Part shown: piece by piece, positions 1 to 13,057 of the stretch
Layout of the letters: every line of letters starts with the position of its first letter
How positions within the stretch are numbered: the first letter of the stretch is position 1
Made by a program: the position numbers and the translations under genes
The notes under the pieces: generated by a model
Seen by the model: only the letters and a program-made list of their open reading frames with translations
What the model was told of the DNA's origin: nothing
Databases searched by the model: none
Source of the DNA: Mobula birostris
Lineage: Eukaryota
Length of the DNA: 64,000 bases
Assembly (NCBI RefSeq): GCF_030028105.1
Contig: NC_092383.1
Coordinates: forward strand, 86,199,921 to 86,263,920
Direction: 5' to 3'

Positions 1-119
1 TTAAGTACGCTTTAAATATACTCAAATGTCTTGGCCTCAAAAGCCATGTATGGTATTGAATTCCACAGATTCAACACCCTCTGGCTACAGAAATTCCTCC
101 TCATCTCTGTTCTAATGTA

Positions 120-340
120 CGGAGTCTGCACATCCTCCATGTGGAATGTATGGGGTCTCCCCGAGTGGTCCTGTTTCCTCCCACAGTCCAAAGACATACT
201 CATTAGGATAACTGCTCTTTGCAGATTGCCCTGTGATTATGTTACAGTTAATTGGGTTTGTCGAGAGTTCGATCGGTGTTGTGACCCAAAGGGCTGGAAG
301 GGCCTATTCTGTACTCTATCGGTAAATAAATAAAATAAAG
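120..340 (+). mobile_element. tRNA-derived SINE remnant (V-SINE/HE1-like)
   Basis: Core TTTCCTCCCACAGTCCAAAGAC and (AAAT)n tail; the same core recurs near 49270-49440 (opposite strand there) and 54700-54910. Confidence 0.55.
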
Positions 341-840
341 GGATGCCCTTGCATTCTGAGGCTGATTTTTCAGGATGATTTCCCCATAAGGAAACCACTT
401 TTGATCATATACCTCCAAATACCCCAAAATCCTGTTCTTAATAATAGACTCCCACATCTTCACAACCACTAAAGTCAGGCTAACTGGTTGACAATTTCCT
501 TCCTTTCGCCTCCCTCCTTTCTTAAAGAGTGTGGTGATACTTCCAATTTTCCAATCCTTTGAACATTTCAGTCTAATTATTCTTGAAAGATCACCACTAA
601 TGCCTTCATGATTTCTTTAAATAACTCTTTCAGAAACTTGGGATGTAGTACATCTGGTCCAAATGACTCATCTACTTTCAGATCCCTCAGCTTCTCAAGC
701 ACGTTTTGCTTAGTAATAGCAACAACACTCATCTCTGCCCCTGCCATTGCCAAATTTCTGTCATTCCCACTAATATTTGCAATATTATAAGTCCTTCCTT
801 TTGCTTTTATGAGAATCAGAAGTCGATACCAGTCTGGACT
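340..840 (-). mobile_element. CR1 LINE ORF2 fragment (degraded)
   Basis: ORF 577..846 ends VLEKLRDLKVDESFGPDVLHPKFLKELFKEIMKALVVIFQE, matching the CR1 ORF2 at 29542-31176. Confidence 0.75.
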
Positions 841-1109
841 TTTCAATGTGAAGCCAGAAGTATTAATGGAATGCTCTCAATTTGTCGAGATGCGCAAGTC
901 CAACTATGTTTGAGATGCTCCATATCTTCCAGGAGCAAGTGACAGACTTAACTGTTCACTGCACTTTAGTTCTACCCCATGGATGCTGCAATGTGCAGCT
1001 TCTACAAATGCAAAGAAATTCCTTACCCTCACTAGAGGTATAAGAGCAGCAGTAACAGAGTAACAAAAAGAAATATTTAAATGTATCCTCCCTTGAAATT
1101 AGAACTTAC

Positions 1110-1430
1110 CGCTGCCATTGATTTCTGTCACGTAACTGCAGATATCTCCGTTGTTGAAGACTGTCGCATTAACCATTGCACTGGATCTCGCTCCAAGCCG
1201 ATTTGAGGCACTGCAGTAATATTGCTGGTGTGTGTGCTTGAAGGATTGACAATGCAGAGTCAGCTCATTGGTATCTGAGATCTTCGGATACCCAGATGAG
1301 GTTTGTTCATACCATCTGTATTGAATGGGAAGGGATCCCTGGAAGGACTCACAGGAAAGTGACACTGAGCCCCCGAGACATGAGACATTTGCTGGTGACA
1401 GATATCGAATCACAGGAACAGACACGAGTT
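1110..1430 (-). CDS. Gene 1 exon 3: second Ig domain (C2/I-type) with Cys-containing C-terminal extension
   Basis: tttcccacag acceptor (AG at 1432-1431), G|gtaag donor (GT at 1109-1108), 321 nt, phase 1-1, open: LVSVPVIRY..SLSCES..YRWY..YYCSASN..GDICSYVTEINGSG. Confidence 0.9.
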
Positions 1431-1493
1431 CTGTGGGAAAGAATTAAACATTCAGACACTGAATGAACATCTGAAAATCAGACACTCTTCTGT

Positions 1494-2010
1494 CACTTTA
1501 TTACGTACAAATATTAACCTGATCATTAATACAAATATCTAATCAGTCAATCAGACGATCAGCAACTCAACTCATCAAAGCATGCAGAAATATTCAAGAG
1601 TTTCAGTCAATGTTAGGCCAAAGTCAGAATGCGGAAGTATTGTGATCTAAGTACCTTTGAGCATGCAATTATTGCTGGTGCCAGACGGGGTAGTAAATAT
1701 CTAAGGCACTACTATCCTCCTGGGATTTTCACACACAACTGTTTCTAGAGTTCAGTGAGAATGGTACGAACAACATGAAAAAACATCCAGAGAGCAGCAA
1801 TTCTGTGAACAAAAGTGCTTTATTAATGAAAGAGGTCAGAGGAGAATGGCCAGACATGTTCATGCTGACAGAAAGGTGACGGGAATTCAAATAACCGTGG
1901 GTTATGACAGCGGTGTGCTGAAGAGCATCTGAAGGTACAACACGTCAAAGCTCGAAGTGGATGAGCCACAGAAGCAAGAGACCATGAACATCCACTCAGT
2001 GGCCACTCTG
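1494..2010. mobile_element. Tc1/mariner-like non-autonomous remnant in the V-C2 intron of gene 1
   Basis: Starts CACTTTATTA(C)GTAC and ends CACTCAGTGGCCACT; a homologous element sits at the same intron position in gene 3 (14616-16010). Confidence 0.6.
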
Positions 2011-2233
2011 TTATGACAGGAGGTTTAAAGGCAGCAACTTGTGAGATATCTGTCACATGTTTGGAGGCTTTCAGGAGAGAATGAAATTGTAACTGGGTTC
2101 AGAGACCTGCCGTATAGAGGGAGACATTTGGTACTGATATTAATGCAGAGATAGTGAGGGATGGACAGTGTCTGGCAAAGATCATGAGACTTTTATTTTA
2201 TGGAAGGCACAAATCAATCACTGAGAAACCTAC

Positions 2234-2548
2234 CATCATTTACTGTTAGTTTTAAATTAAATCTTGTATCGAGACCTGGTGTTGTAATTCCACAGCCGTA
2301 CCATCCTGAATCTCCAGAGTGAAGATCTTCCATAGTAACAGTAAATATTCTCCGTTCCGGGTTATCTGTGATTGACACTCGTCCACTCCGTCTGTGCTGC
2401 TCATTTGTTTGCACTAAAACTGAACAATAGAGAGTCCATCCATGGCACCAATACTTTGTGTGTGAGCGGTACTTTTCTTCATAGTGACAATCGATTGTGA
2501 TCGCTCTTCCCACAACTCCTCTTACAGATTTCTCTGCCCACAATGCAC
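2234..2548 (-). CDS. Gene 1 exon 2: CD300/pIgR-like IgV domain
   Basis: ccctcagtttcag acceptor, G|gtagg donor, 315 nt, phase 1-1, open; four-Cys pattern IDCHY..KYWC-x6-C..DSGWYGCG typical of CD300/pIgR/TREM V domains. Confidence 0.93.
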
Positions 2549-2980
2549 CTGAAACTGAGGGAGGCATTGTCAGATGTGAGGGAAAGGAACAATTTAATAC
2601 AACAATTATTTTTCAACATGACGGTAAAAACAGGTGCAGGTCATGTACAGCATGTGGTCCATGACAACACAGCCAATGATTTTTGTGTGAAGTGCAGTCA
2701 GTGCTGTTACTGTGTCAGCCGTGTCAGTGATCTCTCTTCCCTGTGTCGGTACATTGTGGGTTCACTTCCCACTCCAGAATCCTGAGCAGAAACCCAGGGC
2801 TGATCTTCCAGTGCACTGCTGGGGGAGAGCCGTAGTGTAGCCAGAGGGTGTTGACTCTATGGAATTCAATACCATACACAGCTTTTGAGGCCATGAAAGT
2901 GTTCAACTTTCAGTTGCTTCAGAATATGTCAGCCTTTGAAATGTCCACAGAGCTTCCAGCTATTTCATAAGATGCTCCCA

Positions 2981-2984
<4 letters not shown>

Positions 2985-3015
<31 letters not shown>

Positions 3016-3025
3016 CTGTGTGTGT
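2985..3025. repeat. (TG)n microsatellite in intron 1 of gene 1
   Basis: Direct reading of the TG run. Confidence 0.95.
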
Positions 3026-3639
3026 TCAGACAAGGTTCTGAAGCAATTTGTAAATATTGTACCTATCAAGTATTTCTATGTGTAGTTAGAAGGTGGCGCA
3101 ACAGTGGTCATTAGTGCTTCTGTGTCTAGAAACTCAGGTGAGATTTCAATAACTGTTGAGATACTTTGAGTACGAAAATCCAATTTATTATTTCTGGAAT
3201 TTAAAAAACAAGTATCAATAATAATAATGATGAACTGTCAGATTGTAAAGATCCCATCTAGATTGGAAAGACTTTTAGGGAGAGAAATTTCTTATCCCTA
3301 CCACCCTGGTGTACCTTTGACTCCAGATCTAGTAACGTTCTATGCTAACTGCACCACTGAAGTGGCCCAGGAAGTCTCTGATTTCAAGACAATAATGTCA
3401 AATGTCACAGTGATCCCTGCAGAGAGAGAACAGATCCCAGCAATGGTAGATCTGATGTTCTCGCTTAACAGGTTGCAGTAGATTTCTCCAGCTGGACATA
3501 TTCTCCCCACACCTGGCTCTACACAATTCCTCTTTTCTCCTTATCTGCTTCCACCTCTCACCCACCTCCAAACACCATCCCTTTTCCACCCCATTCCATT
3601 TGCCTGTTGTGCTTCACTATTCCTCAGCCCCGACTAACG

Positions 3640-3830
3640 TGAGGACCCAGCTTCACGCCTCCCCCTCTCCTATTTAACCCTCTCCCGCTCTACTCACACA
3701 TGAGGCAGGGTCTCGACCCGAACCATTGACATTTCCTCTGCCCCTGACAGAAGCTGCTTGACCCATTGAGTTTCTCCAGGAGTGAACTCTGAGCTCCAGT
3801 TTCCGACAGCTTTAGTGTCTACGGGTATCA
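3640..3830. mobile_element. Penelope-like terminal-repeat remnant in intron 1 of gene 1
   Basis: GCTGCTTGACCCATTGAGTTTCTCCAG motif; same position in gene 2 (about 12660-12830) and gene 3 (about 17100-17290); related to the end of the 44.6-46.3 kb element. Confidence 0.55.
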
Positions 3831-3907
3831 AGCATTCTTGTGAAAACGTTGTACGACCCCCAATCCAACACTGATTATGCAGTTGTCCAGTGCTGTCTGT
3901 AACTCAC

Positions 3908-3947
3908 CAGGTAGGAAACCAGTCAGAAGGATCAACGTCCTCAGCAT
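3908..3947 (-). CDS. Gene 1 exon 1: signal peptide MLRTLILLTGFLP(G)
   Basis: ATG at 3947, hydrophobic leader, G|gtgagt donor; phase 1 matches the V exon. Confidence 0.88.
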
Positions 3948-4010
3948 TTTATTCACGGAGACACAGCCAGGACCTGTCTGTCCTCAGAGAGAAATGACTG
4001 AAATAAAATA

Positions 4011-4050
4011 AGGAAGAAGTCAGTCGGAAGTTTGATCAAAAAAACTACAG
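4011..4050 (-). promoter_or_regulatory. Putative proximal promoter of gene 1 (two Ets-type GGAA(G) motifs and a degenerate RUNX-like site)
   Basis: GGAAG at 4012, CGGAAGT at 4025, AAACTACA at about 4042; same layout upstream of the gene 2 and 3 leaders. Confidence 0.45.
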
Positions 4051-4389
4051 TAACACAATTGGTGTGTGGTACATGACAATCTGAAAAGCTTTTAGTTATA
4101 TTTAGCAGGACAGGAAAACTTAAACTATTCTCAAAGAGTGAATGAAGTGATGAGAAGTGTTAAAATATTAGAGACAAGCAACAGGAAACGTTTTAATCTG
4201 AAGTCAAAATAAACGACTGTAGGTGTCCTGAAGCAGGGAATTAAGCTGAAATGTTGACCACCTGACTCCTGAAGTTCAATTTATTTTTTGCATGATTTAT
4301 AGTGTTAGCTGTGGTGCGTCATTGGGAACAGTGTTCATGGTGAAAAGTTAACGATGGAAAGAGAAAGAGCCCATGTAGAGTGTTGTGAG

Positions 4390-4850
4390 TGTGAGGAGAA
4401 AGTTTGATGGCTCTAGGCGTGTACTCACTGGAGATTAGAAGAATGAGGGGGAGAGGGGGAATCATATTCAAACCTATTGAATATTGAAAGGACAAGACAG
4501 AGTGGATGTGGAGAGGATGTTCCCTGTGAGTTCTAGGATCAGAGGGCAGTGCCTCTGAGTACAAGCACATTCCTTTAGAACAGAGATGAGGGAAAATTGT
4601 TTTAGCTGGATGGTGGTGAATCTGTTATATTCACTGTCACAGATGACCGTGGAGGCCAATTCACTGGGTATATTTAAAGTGGAGATTGATAAATTCTTGA
4701 ATAGTAAGGGCATGAAAGATTATGGGGAGAAGGCAGCAGAATAGGGTTGAGAGAGAAAATAAATCAGGCACAATGGAATGGTGGAATAGACTCAAAGGGA
4801 AGAATGGCCTAATTCTTCTCTCTGCCTTTTGGTCCTATGGTCTTCTGATA
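4390..4850 (+). mobile_element. CR1 LINE 3' end fragment
   Basis: GTACTCACTGGAGATTAGAAGAATGAGGGG..GTGGTGAATCTG..TATGGTC tail; also present in unit B (about 18150-18510). Confidence 0.75.
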
Positions 4851-5029
4851 CAGGCAGCAATCTGCTGAACCTCTTCTGCAATCCCTCCAATGTTTCCACA
4901 TCTTTCTTGCTATGCTGCAAACACAACTACACACTGACCTGAAGTGTGTCCTAATCATATTTTTATACATTTGCAACCTGAATTTTCATATGCACATTGC
5001 TGGCTCATTGCCATTAGCGGAAACACATC

Positions 5030-5450
5030 TCCCTCTGTTCCAAATTTCAGGGAGTTATGGACTTACACTCCAAGCTTTGTCCGTCATTCCGGATCTTGCC
5101 TTGGTACCCCCAGCACTCAGGGCAAACCCTTTTCTCATTGTTACCATCAGTAGGGAGATACAGAAGCCTGAAGGCACACACTCAGCAATTCAGGAACAGC
5201 CTTTTCCCCTCTGTCATCCAATTCCTAAATAGGTATTTTATGCATAAAGACTACCTCACTTTTTTAATGTATATTATTTCTGTTTGTGCATGATTTTAAT
5301 CCATTCAGTATATGTATACTGTAATTTATTTTTTTCTCTTCTTCTATATTATATATTACATTGAACTGCTGCTGCTAAGTTAACAAATTTCATGACACAT
5401 GCCAGTGATAATAAAAGTGATTCTGATTCGGGTTCTGATTTTGATTCTGA
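5030..5450 (+). mobile_element. Rex1/L2-like LINE 3' fragment with (ATTCTG)n tail
   Basis: GRYRSLKAHTQQFRNSLFPSVIQFLN reading and ATTCTG repeat tail at about 5420-5450. Confidence 0.65.
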
Positions 5451-6329
5451 TAACTCAATGTTTTGGGGAGCTTGCTGCTGAGGAGGGAGCAAAGTAGGAA
5501 ATAGGTGTGATGTAGAAGAGGCTTTTCACGCAAACTCAGCATACAGTACTTCACTTCATTCCCTCTCCTCTCTGAAAACCGTGTCTGCTCTTTGAAGGAA
5601 ACTTTAAAGCACACCTTTTCTGAATTCTATTCCATCTGTCAGTGCAATTTCAAGAACTCTGATGGATTTTCACTTTACTCTGGTTAGATGTGAGAGGAAA
5701 CCAAGTGAATGGAATTACACAGTCACAATGGAGTAAAATCCATATCAGATCTGTTCTTAAACCAAATCAACTCAATTTTGACAGGAAATGATCTGTGTTA
5801 AGTAGACAACCCCTGTAGTTTCTATTTCTCATAGAATCACAGGGCACAGTTAATGGGCTGGACACACTTGTCCAAGGAGAAGACATTTCTGTCTTACCTG
5901 GCTCAACTCCATGGTCTCCCTTTCCCCTAACCCTGCATATCTTTGCTGAGATTCTCAGTCTCTAGCATCACAGTATCTCTGTTCACCAGGTTAGATCTTC
6001 CTATGTTAGTCGAAGTGTGATCTATCCACATTCATGCTGTGCAATTATCTGGGACAGATGAAGTCTGAGGAGAGCTTCAGTGCAAGGAATAACAATTCTC
6101 ACATGTCACACATATTGTAGAAGTAATACAGAATCATAATCAAAATCAGTCTTAATATCACTGACATAATGTATGTTGTGAAATTAAATGTAGCAGTCCT
6201 AAATGGGAATGTTCGATGATTACCATTGGAGCTCTACACAGAGTCACGACTTCTCGGTGCCATCTTGAATTTTATCTGAACAATGTTAATTGTTCAACCT
6301 TGATTTCATTGTAAACACTGGAAAATCTG

Positions 6330-6740
6330 CAGATGCTGGAAATCCAAACCAACACACAGAAAATGCTGGAGGGAACTCAGCAAGTCAGGCAGCATCTGTG
6401 GAAATGAATAGATAGTCGACATTTCAGGCTCAGGCTCTTAGTCAGGTCTGAGGAGAAAGTGAGAAGTTGCCTGAATCAAAAGATGGGTGAGGGGCGGAAG
6501 GCTATCTGGAAGGTGATCAGTGATGCCAGCTGGATAGGAACAGGTGTAAAGGCAGTAAAAGAAGGAATCTGACGTGAGAGGAAAGTGGACCATAGGAGAA
6601 AAAGGAGGAGGGGCCTAGGGAGAAGAACCAGGCTGGTGAGAACTGGTAAAAGAAGGGCCTCCGACTGAAACCTTGACTGTCTATTCACCTCCATAGATTC
6701 TGACTGACCTGCTGAGTCCCTCCAGTATTTTGTGTGTGTT
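6330..6740. mobile_element. Penelope-like terminal repeat remnants
   Basis: AAATGCTGGAGGGAACTCAGCAAGTCAGGCAGCATC and its reverse-complement copy near 6700-6740. Confidence 0.55.
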
Positions 6741-7202
6741 GCTTTTGACCTCATTGTAGTATGAGGGTTGAGGTGATTCAAGAATGTAGCTCATTTATAT
6801 TTTCCTGAATTTTTGTTGCTGACTTTGCAATTGTTTATAAACACTTAATTTCACATTGTATATCAAGAGATAAATCATAAAATAATTCAGTATAGATGGA
6901 GAGCTGTTGTAATTTTGGGTTTGTTACATTTGCTTTAGGGGAAAACAGTGCAGTATATTAGCCATGAATGTATATCTGCTTAAATTCTGTACATTGTATA
7001 GTATGAGTGCTGGCTCTATTGCATCAGTCACTGCTGTCATCAGTCTAATGTTCACCCTCAGCGAATGATGTGGTTAGAACTTCTGTCTTCTTTACTTGTC
7101 TTACCAAACAGAATATAGAGAAGTAACAGCAGATGCTACACATTGACAGATTGTTCTGGCCTCTTCCTGCATTGCACCATCACTTCTTGGAAAACTTCTC
7201 AA

Positions 7203-8153
7203 AGGTCATTTTCATAAATAACCTGGATGAGGAAGTGGAGGGATGGGTTAGTAAATTTGATGACACAAAGTTTGGGCGTGTTGTGGATAGTGTGGAGGGC
7301 TGTCAGAGGTTACAGCGGGACATTGATAGGATGCAAAACTGGGCTGAGAAGTGCAGATGGAGTTCAACCCAGATAAGTGTGAGGTGGTTCATTTTGGTAG
7401 GTCAAATATGATGGCAGTATACAGTATTAATGATTAGACTCTTGGCAGTGTGGAGGATCAGAGGGATCTTGGGGTCCAAGTCCATATGACACTCAAAGCT
7501 GCTGCGCAGGTTGACTCTGTGGTTAAGAAAGCATGCGGTGCATTGGCCTTCATCAATCGTGGGATTGAGTTAGGAGCCAAGAGGTAATGTTGCAGCTATA
7601 TAGGACCCTGGTCAGACCCCACTTGGAGTACTCTGCTCAGTTCTGGTCGCCTCACTACAGGAAGGATGTGGAAACCATAGAAAGGGTGTAGAGGAGATTT
7701 ACAAGGATGTTGCCTGGATTGGGGAGCATGCCTTATGAGAATAGGTTGAGTGAACTCGGCCTTTTCTCCTTGGAGCAACGGAGGATGAGATGTATAGATA
7801 GAGGTGTATAAGATGGTGAGAGACATTAATTGTGTGGATAGTCAGAGGTCTTTTCCTAGGGCTGAAGTGGCTAGCATGAGAGGGCATAGTTTTAAGGTAC
7901 TTGGAAGTAGGTACAGAGGAGATGTCAGGTGTACGTTTTTAATGCAGAGAGTGGTGAGTGCATGGAATGGGCTGTCAGCAATGGCGGTGGAGGTGGATAG
8001 ATAGGGTCTTTTAAGAGACTCCTGGATAAGTACATGGAGCTTAGAAAATCAGAGGGCCATGGGTAACCCTTGGTAATTTCTAAGGTATGAACATGTTAGG
8101 CACATCTTTGTGGGCCAAAGGGCCTGTATTGTGCTGTAGGTTTTCTATGTTTT
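7203..8153 (+). mobile_element. 5'-truncated CR1 LINE (RT C-terminus and 3' UTR)
   Basis: FINNLDEEVEGWVSKFDDTK..RLQRDIDRMQNWAEK, TTCTATGT-type tail; absent from the paralogous site at about 20030 in unit B. Confidence 0.85.
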
Positions 8154-9459
8154 TAACTGTGGGTCAATATCCTGATGAGAACAAGTGCAGAGATACAAAA
8201 CATCTTCAGCAAAGTATTTTTGTTTCAGCAGCTAGATCACTGAACAACAATAACAATTTGGTGAAGAAAAGTGAAAAGGTCATTTAACCATCGTGTTTAA
8301 ACTGGATCCCAATCCTGTGCATACCTCTAAATACAATGGTGGGATTGTAAAACATTTTCCATTCGGTTGTTGAGAAGTCATACAAAAAGAGCAGCTTCAT
8401 GAGGTATTGGTCAGACTGCATGTGGAAGATGGTGAACAGTTTTTGGCCCCTTATCTTTGAAAGGATGTGCTGTATTTGGAGCGGATCCAGAGGACGTTCC
8501 CGAGAACAATACCAGGCATGAAAGGGTAAATATGTGAGAAGTGCTTGATGTCTTGGGGTCTGTACTCGCTGGAGTTTAGAAGAATTGGGGAAGGGTTCTC
8601 AATGAAACCTCTTGAATAGTGAAGGGCCTAGACCTGGGTTGGTGTCTATGTGGAGAGGAAGTTTCCTCTGGTAGAAGGGTCCCTGACCAAAAGGTACTGA
8701 TTCTGTGGAGTTTATTATCACAGATGGCTGAGGAGGCTAAGCCCTTGGACATATTTAAAGCAGAGGTTGATAGGTTTTTGTTTAGTAAGGGTGTCAAAAG
8801 GTACTGGGAGAATAGGGTTGAGGTGAACAATAAATGAGCCATTATAGAATGGTGATACAGTCTCAATGGGCTGAATGGCCTTCTGCCACTATGTGTCATC
8901 GTCTTATGATCTGAAGTGATAGGGCAATGCAGGGAAAGGTTGCAACAGTTAGTTTACGTGAGGCATCCATTGATACTTAACTATATTCTATTTTTACAGA
9001 ATAAGACAAGTAAAGAATACGGAAGTCCGAACACAGACTCAGGGCAGTAATTGTTGCCAAAAGTGCATCTACGAAGTACTGACTTGAAGGGGGTGAATAC
9101 TTATGCAATTAATTATTTTACATTTTATATTTCAAATAATTTACATCACTATGTAGAGATCTGTTTTCATATGCAGAAGTGTCCATAAATCAGGGCTTCA
9201 TCACCTGGGACTGAACTGTATTGTCTTTGTCTTACACCTCATTCCTCTGAGCAGATCTGCTTTCTAAACTGACAGTGTTCCATTATTTATCCAGATCTGA
9301 GGAGGGGTCCCTGACCTGAAACTGGGTTCAATGGCCCAAAACGTTCAGTGCTAATTCCTTTACAGAGATGCTGCCTGATCTGTTGAGTTCCTTCAACACT
9401 TGTGTGTGTTCAATCAGTATACAGGAGGACGTTTGAAAATCTGGTTGTATAGTGTCACA

Positions 9460-10310
9460 ACAACTATCTCTCATTTAACATCATCAAAACCAAAGTGCTG
9501 ATTATTGACCACAGTATGAGGTATCCAGAAGTCCACGAGCCAGTATTCAGCAGGAAATCAAAGGTGGAAAGAGTCAGTAACTTTAAATTCCTTGGCATTA
9601 TCATTTTAGAGGATCTGTCCTGGGTCCAGCACAAAGAAAGCTGACAGCGCATTATTTACTTAAAAATTTGCAAAGATCAAACTGTCATCTAAAACTTTGA
9701 CAAAGTTCTATAGATCCACAGTGGAGCATATTCTTACTGGTTGCATCATGGCATGGTATGAAAACACCAATGTCCTTGAATGGATAAACCTATAAAAAGG
9801 TAGTGGATAAAGTCCAGTTGATCACAGATAAACCCCTCCTCACTGTGGAGCACATTGTCACACTAAAAACAGCATCTATCATCAACTAGGCCATGCTCTC
9901 TTCTTCCTGTTGCCGTCAGGAAGCAGGTACAGGAGCCTCATGTCCCACACCAGCAGGTTCAGGAACAGATATTACCCCTTAATCATGGGGCTTCTGAACC
10001 AGAGTGGATAATTTCACCTATCACTGAACTGATTTCTCAACCTATGGACTCACTTTCAAGGATTCTACAATTCATGTTCTCAAATATTATTTAGAACTTA
10101 TTTACCTATTACTATGATTATTATTTTGTTTTTCTTTTAGTATTTCCATTTTTTTTTACTCATTGGTTATTTGTCTTTGTGTGTAGTTTCCACTGATTCT
10201 ATTGTGTTTCTTTGTATTTACGGTGAATGCCTGAAAGTAAATGAAATAGTATATGGTGACATATACAGTATGTCCTTCAATAATAAATTGAAGTTTCTTT
10301 TCTGACAATT
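9460..10310 (+). mobile_element. Rex1/L2-like LINE 3' fragment
   Basis: Homologous to the RT C-terminus and tail of the 14691-15780 element family; reverse-oriented counterparts at about 21200-21650 and 26050-26520. Confidence 0.6.
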
Positions 10311-11143
10311 ATGCAATCATTTGATCAGAATAAAATAAAAGTTAATTGAAATTGGGTATATTTCCAGTCAATATTCAGGGGTATTAAAGACGAATGAACA
10401 ATGGAATTAAAAGTTGGGTGTTGAACAAAATGAGTGATTGCCTTGTTGCAGCTTGCAATGGTCAACGGGGTGTGAATCTGCAAATAGAAGTTGCTACTTT
10501 TCTCAGAGTTGACATGTAACTGTAACCCGTCGATGTACAATTCGCCTCGGAGCTGCTACATGAAGGGAGCTGTTTGCAGATGTAAAGATCATCACTCATG
10601 ATAACAAAATGCAAAATATTAGAAGATTCTTTGTAATCAGATAACAATGTGGTATAGCACAAGTTTTTTTCACACAGTGGATGAGAAAGAGAATAAGTAA
10701 GGCAAAAGGCCAGCATTACATTGAAAACTGCAGCAGGTCACTCTTATGCAGCGAGTTTCAACCTGGAATAAAACCGCAACCTACAATCCAATTTTGAGCT
10801 TATTATAGTTGTATATCTTTCACCTTTGATTGAGATGATGTCAGTTTCTTTGATTAATATGACAGAGGATTCACATTTTAAGGCATCAAGTTTCAGTAAC
10901 TGACAGACTATAGTTTCAAGATCAGGCACCTGAATCAGCATGGATAACTTCACTCACTCAACACTGAACTGATCATGACACAGAAACCTAAGGGCTCACT
11001 TTCAAGGACTCCATAACTCGTGTTCTCAGTATTTATTTATTTGGAGATTCAGCACAGAACAGGCTCTTTAGGCCCAATGAGCCACACTGCCCAGTAACCC
11101 ACCGATTTAACCCAGCCTAATCCCAGCACAGTCTTCACTAATT

Positions 11144-11444
11144 CATTTGACACAAGAAGATGGATTTCACTGTATGCTTCGAAGTTTTGATGTAAATTTG
11201 ATGAATATAAAGCTAATTTTTAAAAATAAAACAGAATATACATGCAATATTTCCTTCCCGACCCTGTAGCCCATTGGTTTCTACTGAAACTGAATATTGG
11301 TGACCAGTATTCCATGGCACCAATACATTGTGTGTGACTGATTTACTGTTGCATAGGGGCAATCATTTATGATCACCTTTCCTACAACTCCTCTTACCCC
11401 ATCTCTCCATCTCCACAATCCATCTCTCTCTAACCAAAAGTAAA
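11144..11444 (-). pseudogene. Gene 2 degenerate IgV exon
   Basis: Reads GVRGVVGKVIINDCPY..SHTMYWCHG, then a frameshift, YSVSVETNGLQGR, an AT-rich decayed middle and EIHLLVSN at the end; no C2 exon found downstream. Confidence 0.75.
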
Positions 11445-12913
11445 CTGAAATTGAAAGCAAAATTCTTGAGGATCTGAAGAGAATTCAGAATTGAAGCGAA
11501 TGAGGGTGAGAGACAACATGATAGAGATGTACAAGATGATCAGAGGCAGAGATCAAGCGGTGATCCAGAGAATATCTCAGGGCAGAAATGGCCAATGTGT
11601 GGGGGAATAATTTCAAGGTGATTGGAGGAAAGGATTGAGAGGGTGTCCGAGGCATGTTCTTTACACAGAGTGGTGGGAGCATAAAAAGCCTTACCAGGAG
11701 TGGTGGTAGAGGCAGATACACTTAAAAGACTCTTAGATAGGCTTATGGATTATAGGAGAGCTTTAGAAGGGATGGATTAGATTGATCTTATAGTAACACA
11801 CAAATGCCAGAGAAACTTAGCAGGCCAGGCAGCACCTATAGAAACAGGTACTGTCCACGTTTCGGGCTCAGACCCTTCAGCACCTACTCCCCAGTTTTCA
11901 GGAACAGTAATTACCCTTTCACCATCATACTCCTGAACCGATGTGGATAACTTCACTCACTTGAACTGTGAACTGATTCCACAACACATGGAATCAGTCT
12001 CACTTTCAAGGATTCTGCAGCTCATACTCTCAGTATAAAAATAATGTATTAAAATATGTGTATTTTTATCTGCACTATTTGTCTTCTTTTGCACCTTGGT
12101 TGTTTGTCTGACTTCATTTATGTAGGTTTACACAAATTCTATCACATTGCTTTATTTTTCTCTAAACGCCTGAAAGAAAATGAATCTCACTGTAGTATAT
12201 GCTGACATGCATGTACTTTGATAATAAATTTACTTTGACTTTGACTAGTGCAGCACTTTGTCAAAAGGCTTTTGAAAATCCAAGTAAACAACATCCACTG
12301 ATGGACAAAGTCTTGTTCCTCTATGCAGCCTGTTAATTCTTTAAGGAGTTCTAACAAATTTGGCAGGGTAGATTTCTCCTTAAGCAGATTATGCTGACTT
12401 CAGCCTATCTTACCATATACCTCCAAGTACTCTGAAACCTCATCCTTAATAACAGATTCTAACATCTTAGCAAACACTGAAGTCGGACTAATTGTCCTAT
12501 AACATCCTGCCTTTTGTCTCCCTCCCTTCTTAAAGAAATGAGTGACATTTGTAGTTTTCCATTCCTCTGGAACCATACTTGAAAGATTATTACTCATGCC
12601 TCTACAATCTCTTCAGTTAGCTCCTTCAGAACCATGGGGTGCAGTCCAAGTAACTGATCCTATTTCACAATGTCCTCTCTCCTATTTACACCATCTTCCC
12701 TCTCCACTCAGGTTCAATGCAGAGTCTCAACCCAAACCACCAACAATTCCCTTCCCCCAGACAGATGCTGCTTGGCCTGCTGAGTTCCTCCAGGAGATTT
12801 CTCTGAACTCCAGTTTCTGACATCTTTAGTGTCTACACGTATTCAAGCCCTGTTCTGGAAACAATGCAAACCAAAACTGATTATAAAAATACCCCATGCT
12901 GGTTGTCACTCAC

Positions 12914-12950
12914 TGGGTAGGAAACTAATCAGAAGAATCGAAATCCACAT
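12914..12950 (-). pseudogene. Gene 2 leader exon MWISILLISFLP (intact exon of a pseudogene)
   Basis: ATG at 12950, A|gtgagt phase-1 donor, homologous to the gene 1 and 3 leaders. Confidence 0.8.
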
Positions 12951-13020
12951 TGTTTTATTCACTGAGACCCTGTCAGCACTTGTCTGTTCACAGAGTGAAA
13001 TTGCTGTTGAATAAAATTAA

Positions 13021-13057
13021 GGAAGAAGAGGGCAGGAAGTCCAATCGCGAAACCACA
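13021..13057 (-). promoter_or_regulatory. Putative promoter of gene 2 (Ets + Ets + RUNX)
   Basis: GGAAG at 13021, CAGGAAGT at 13033, AACCACA at 13051. Confidence 0.45.

Noticed and set aside
900-1003. Candidate hinge exon of gene 1 (EAAHCSIH..)
   Set aside because: Gives 13 rather than 14 residues between the Cys and has no good donor; the equivalent introns are 1.8-2.3 kb, so the real exon is probably left of the window.
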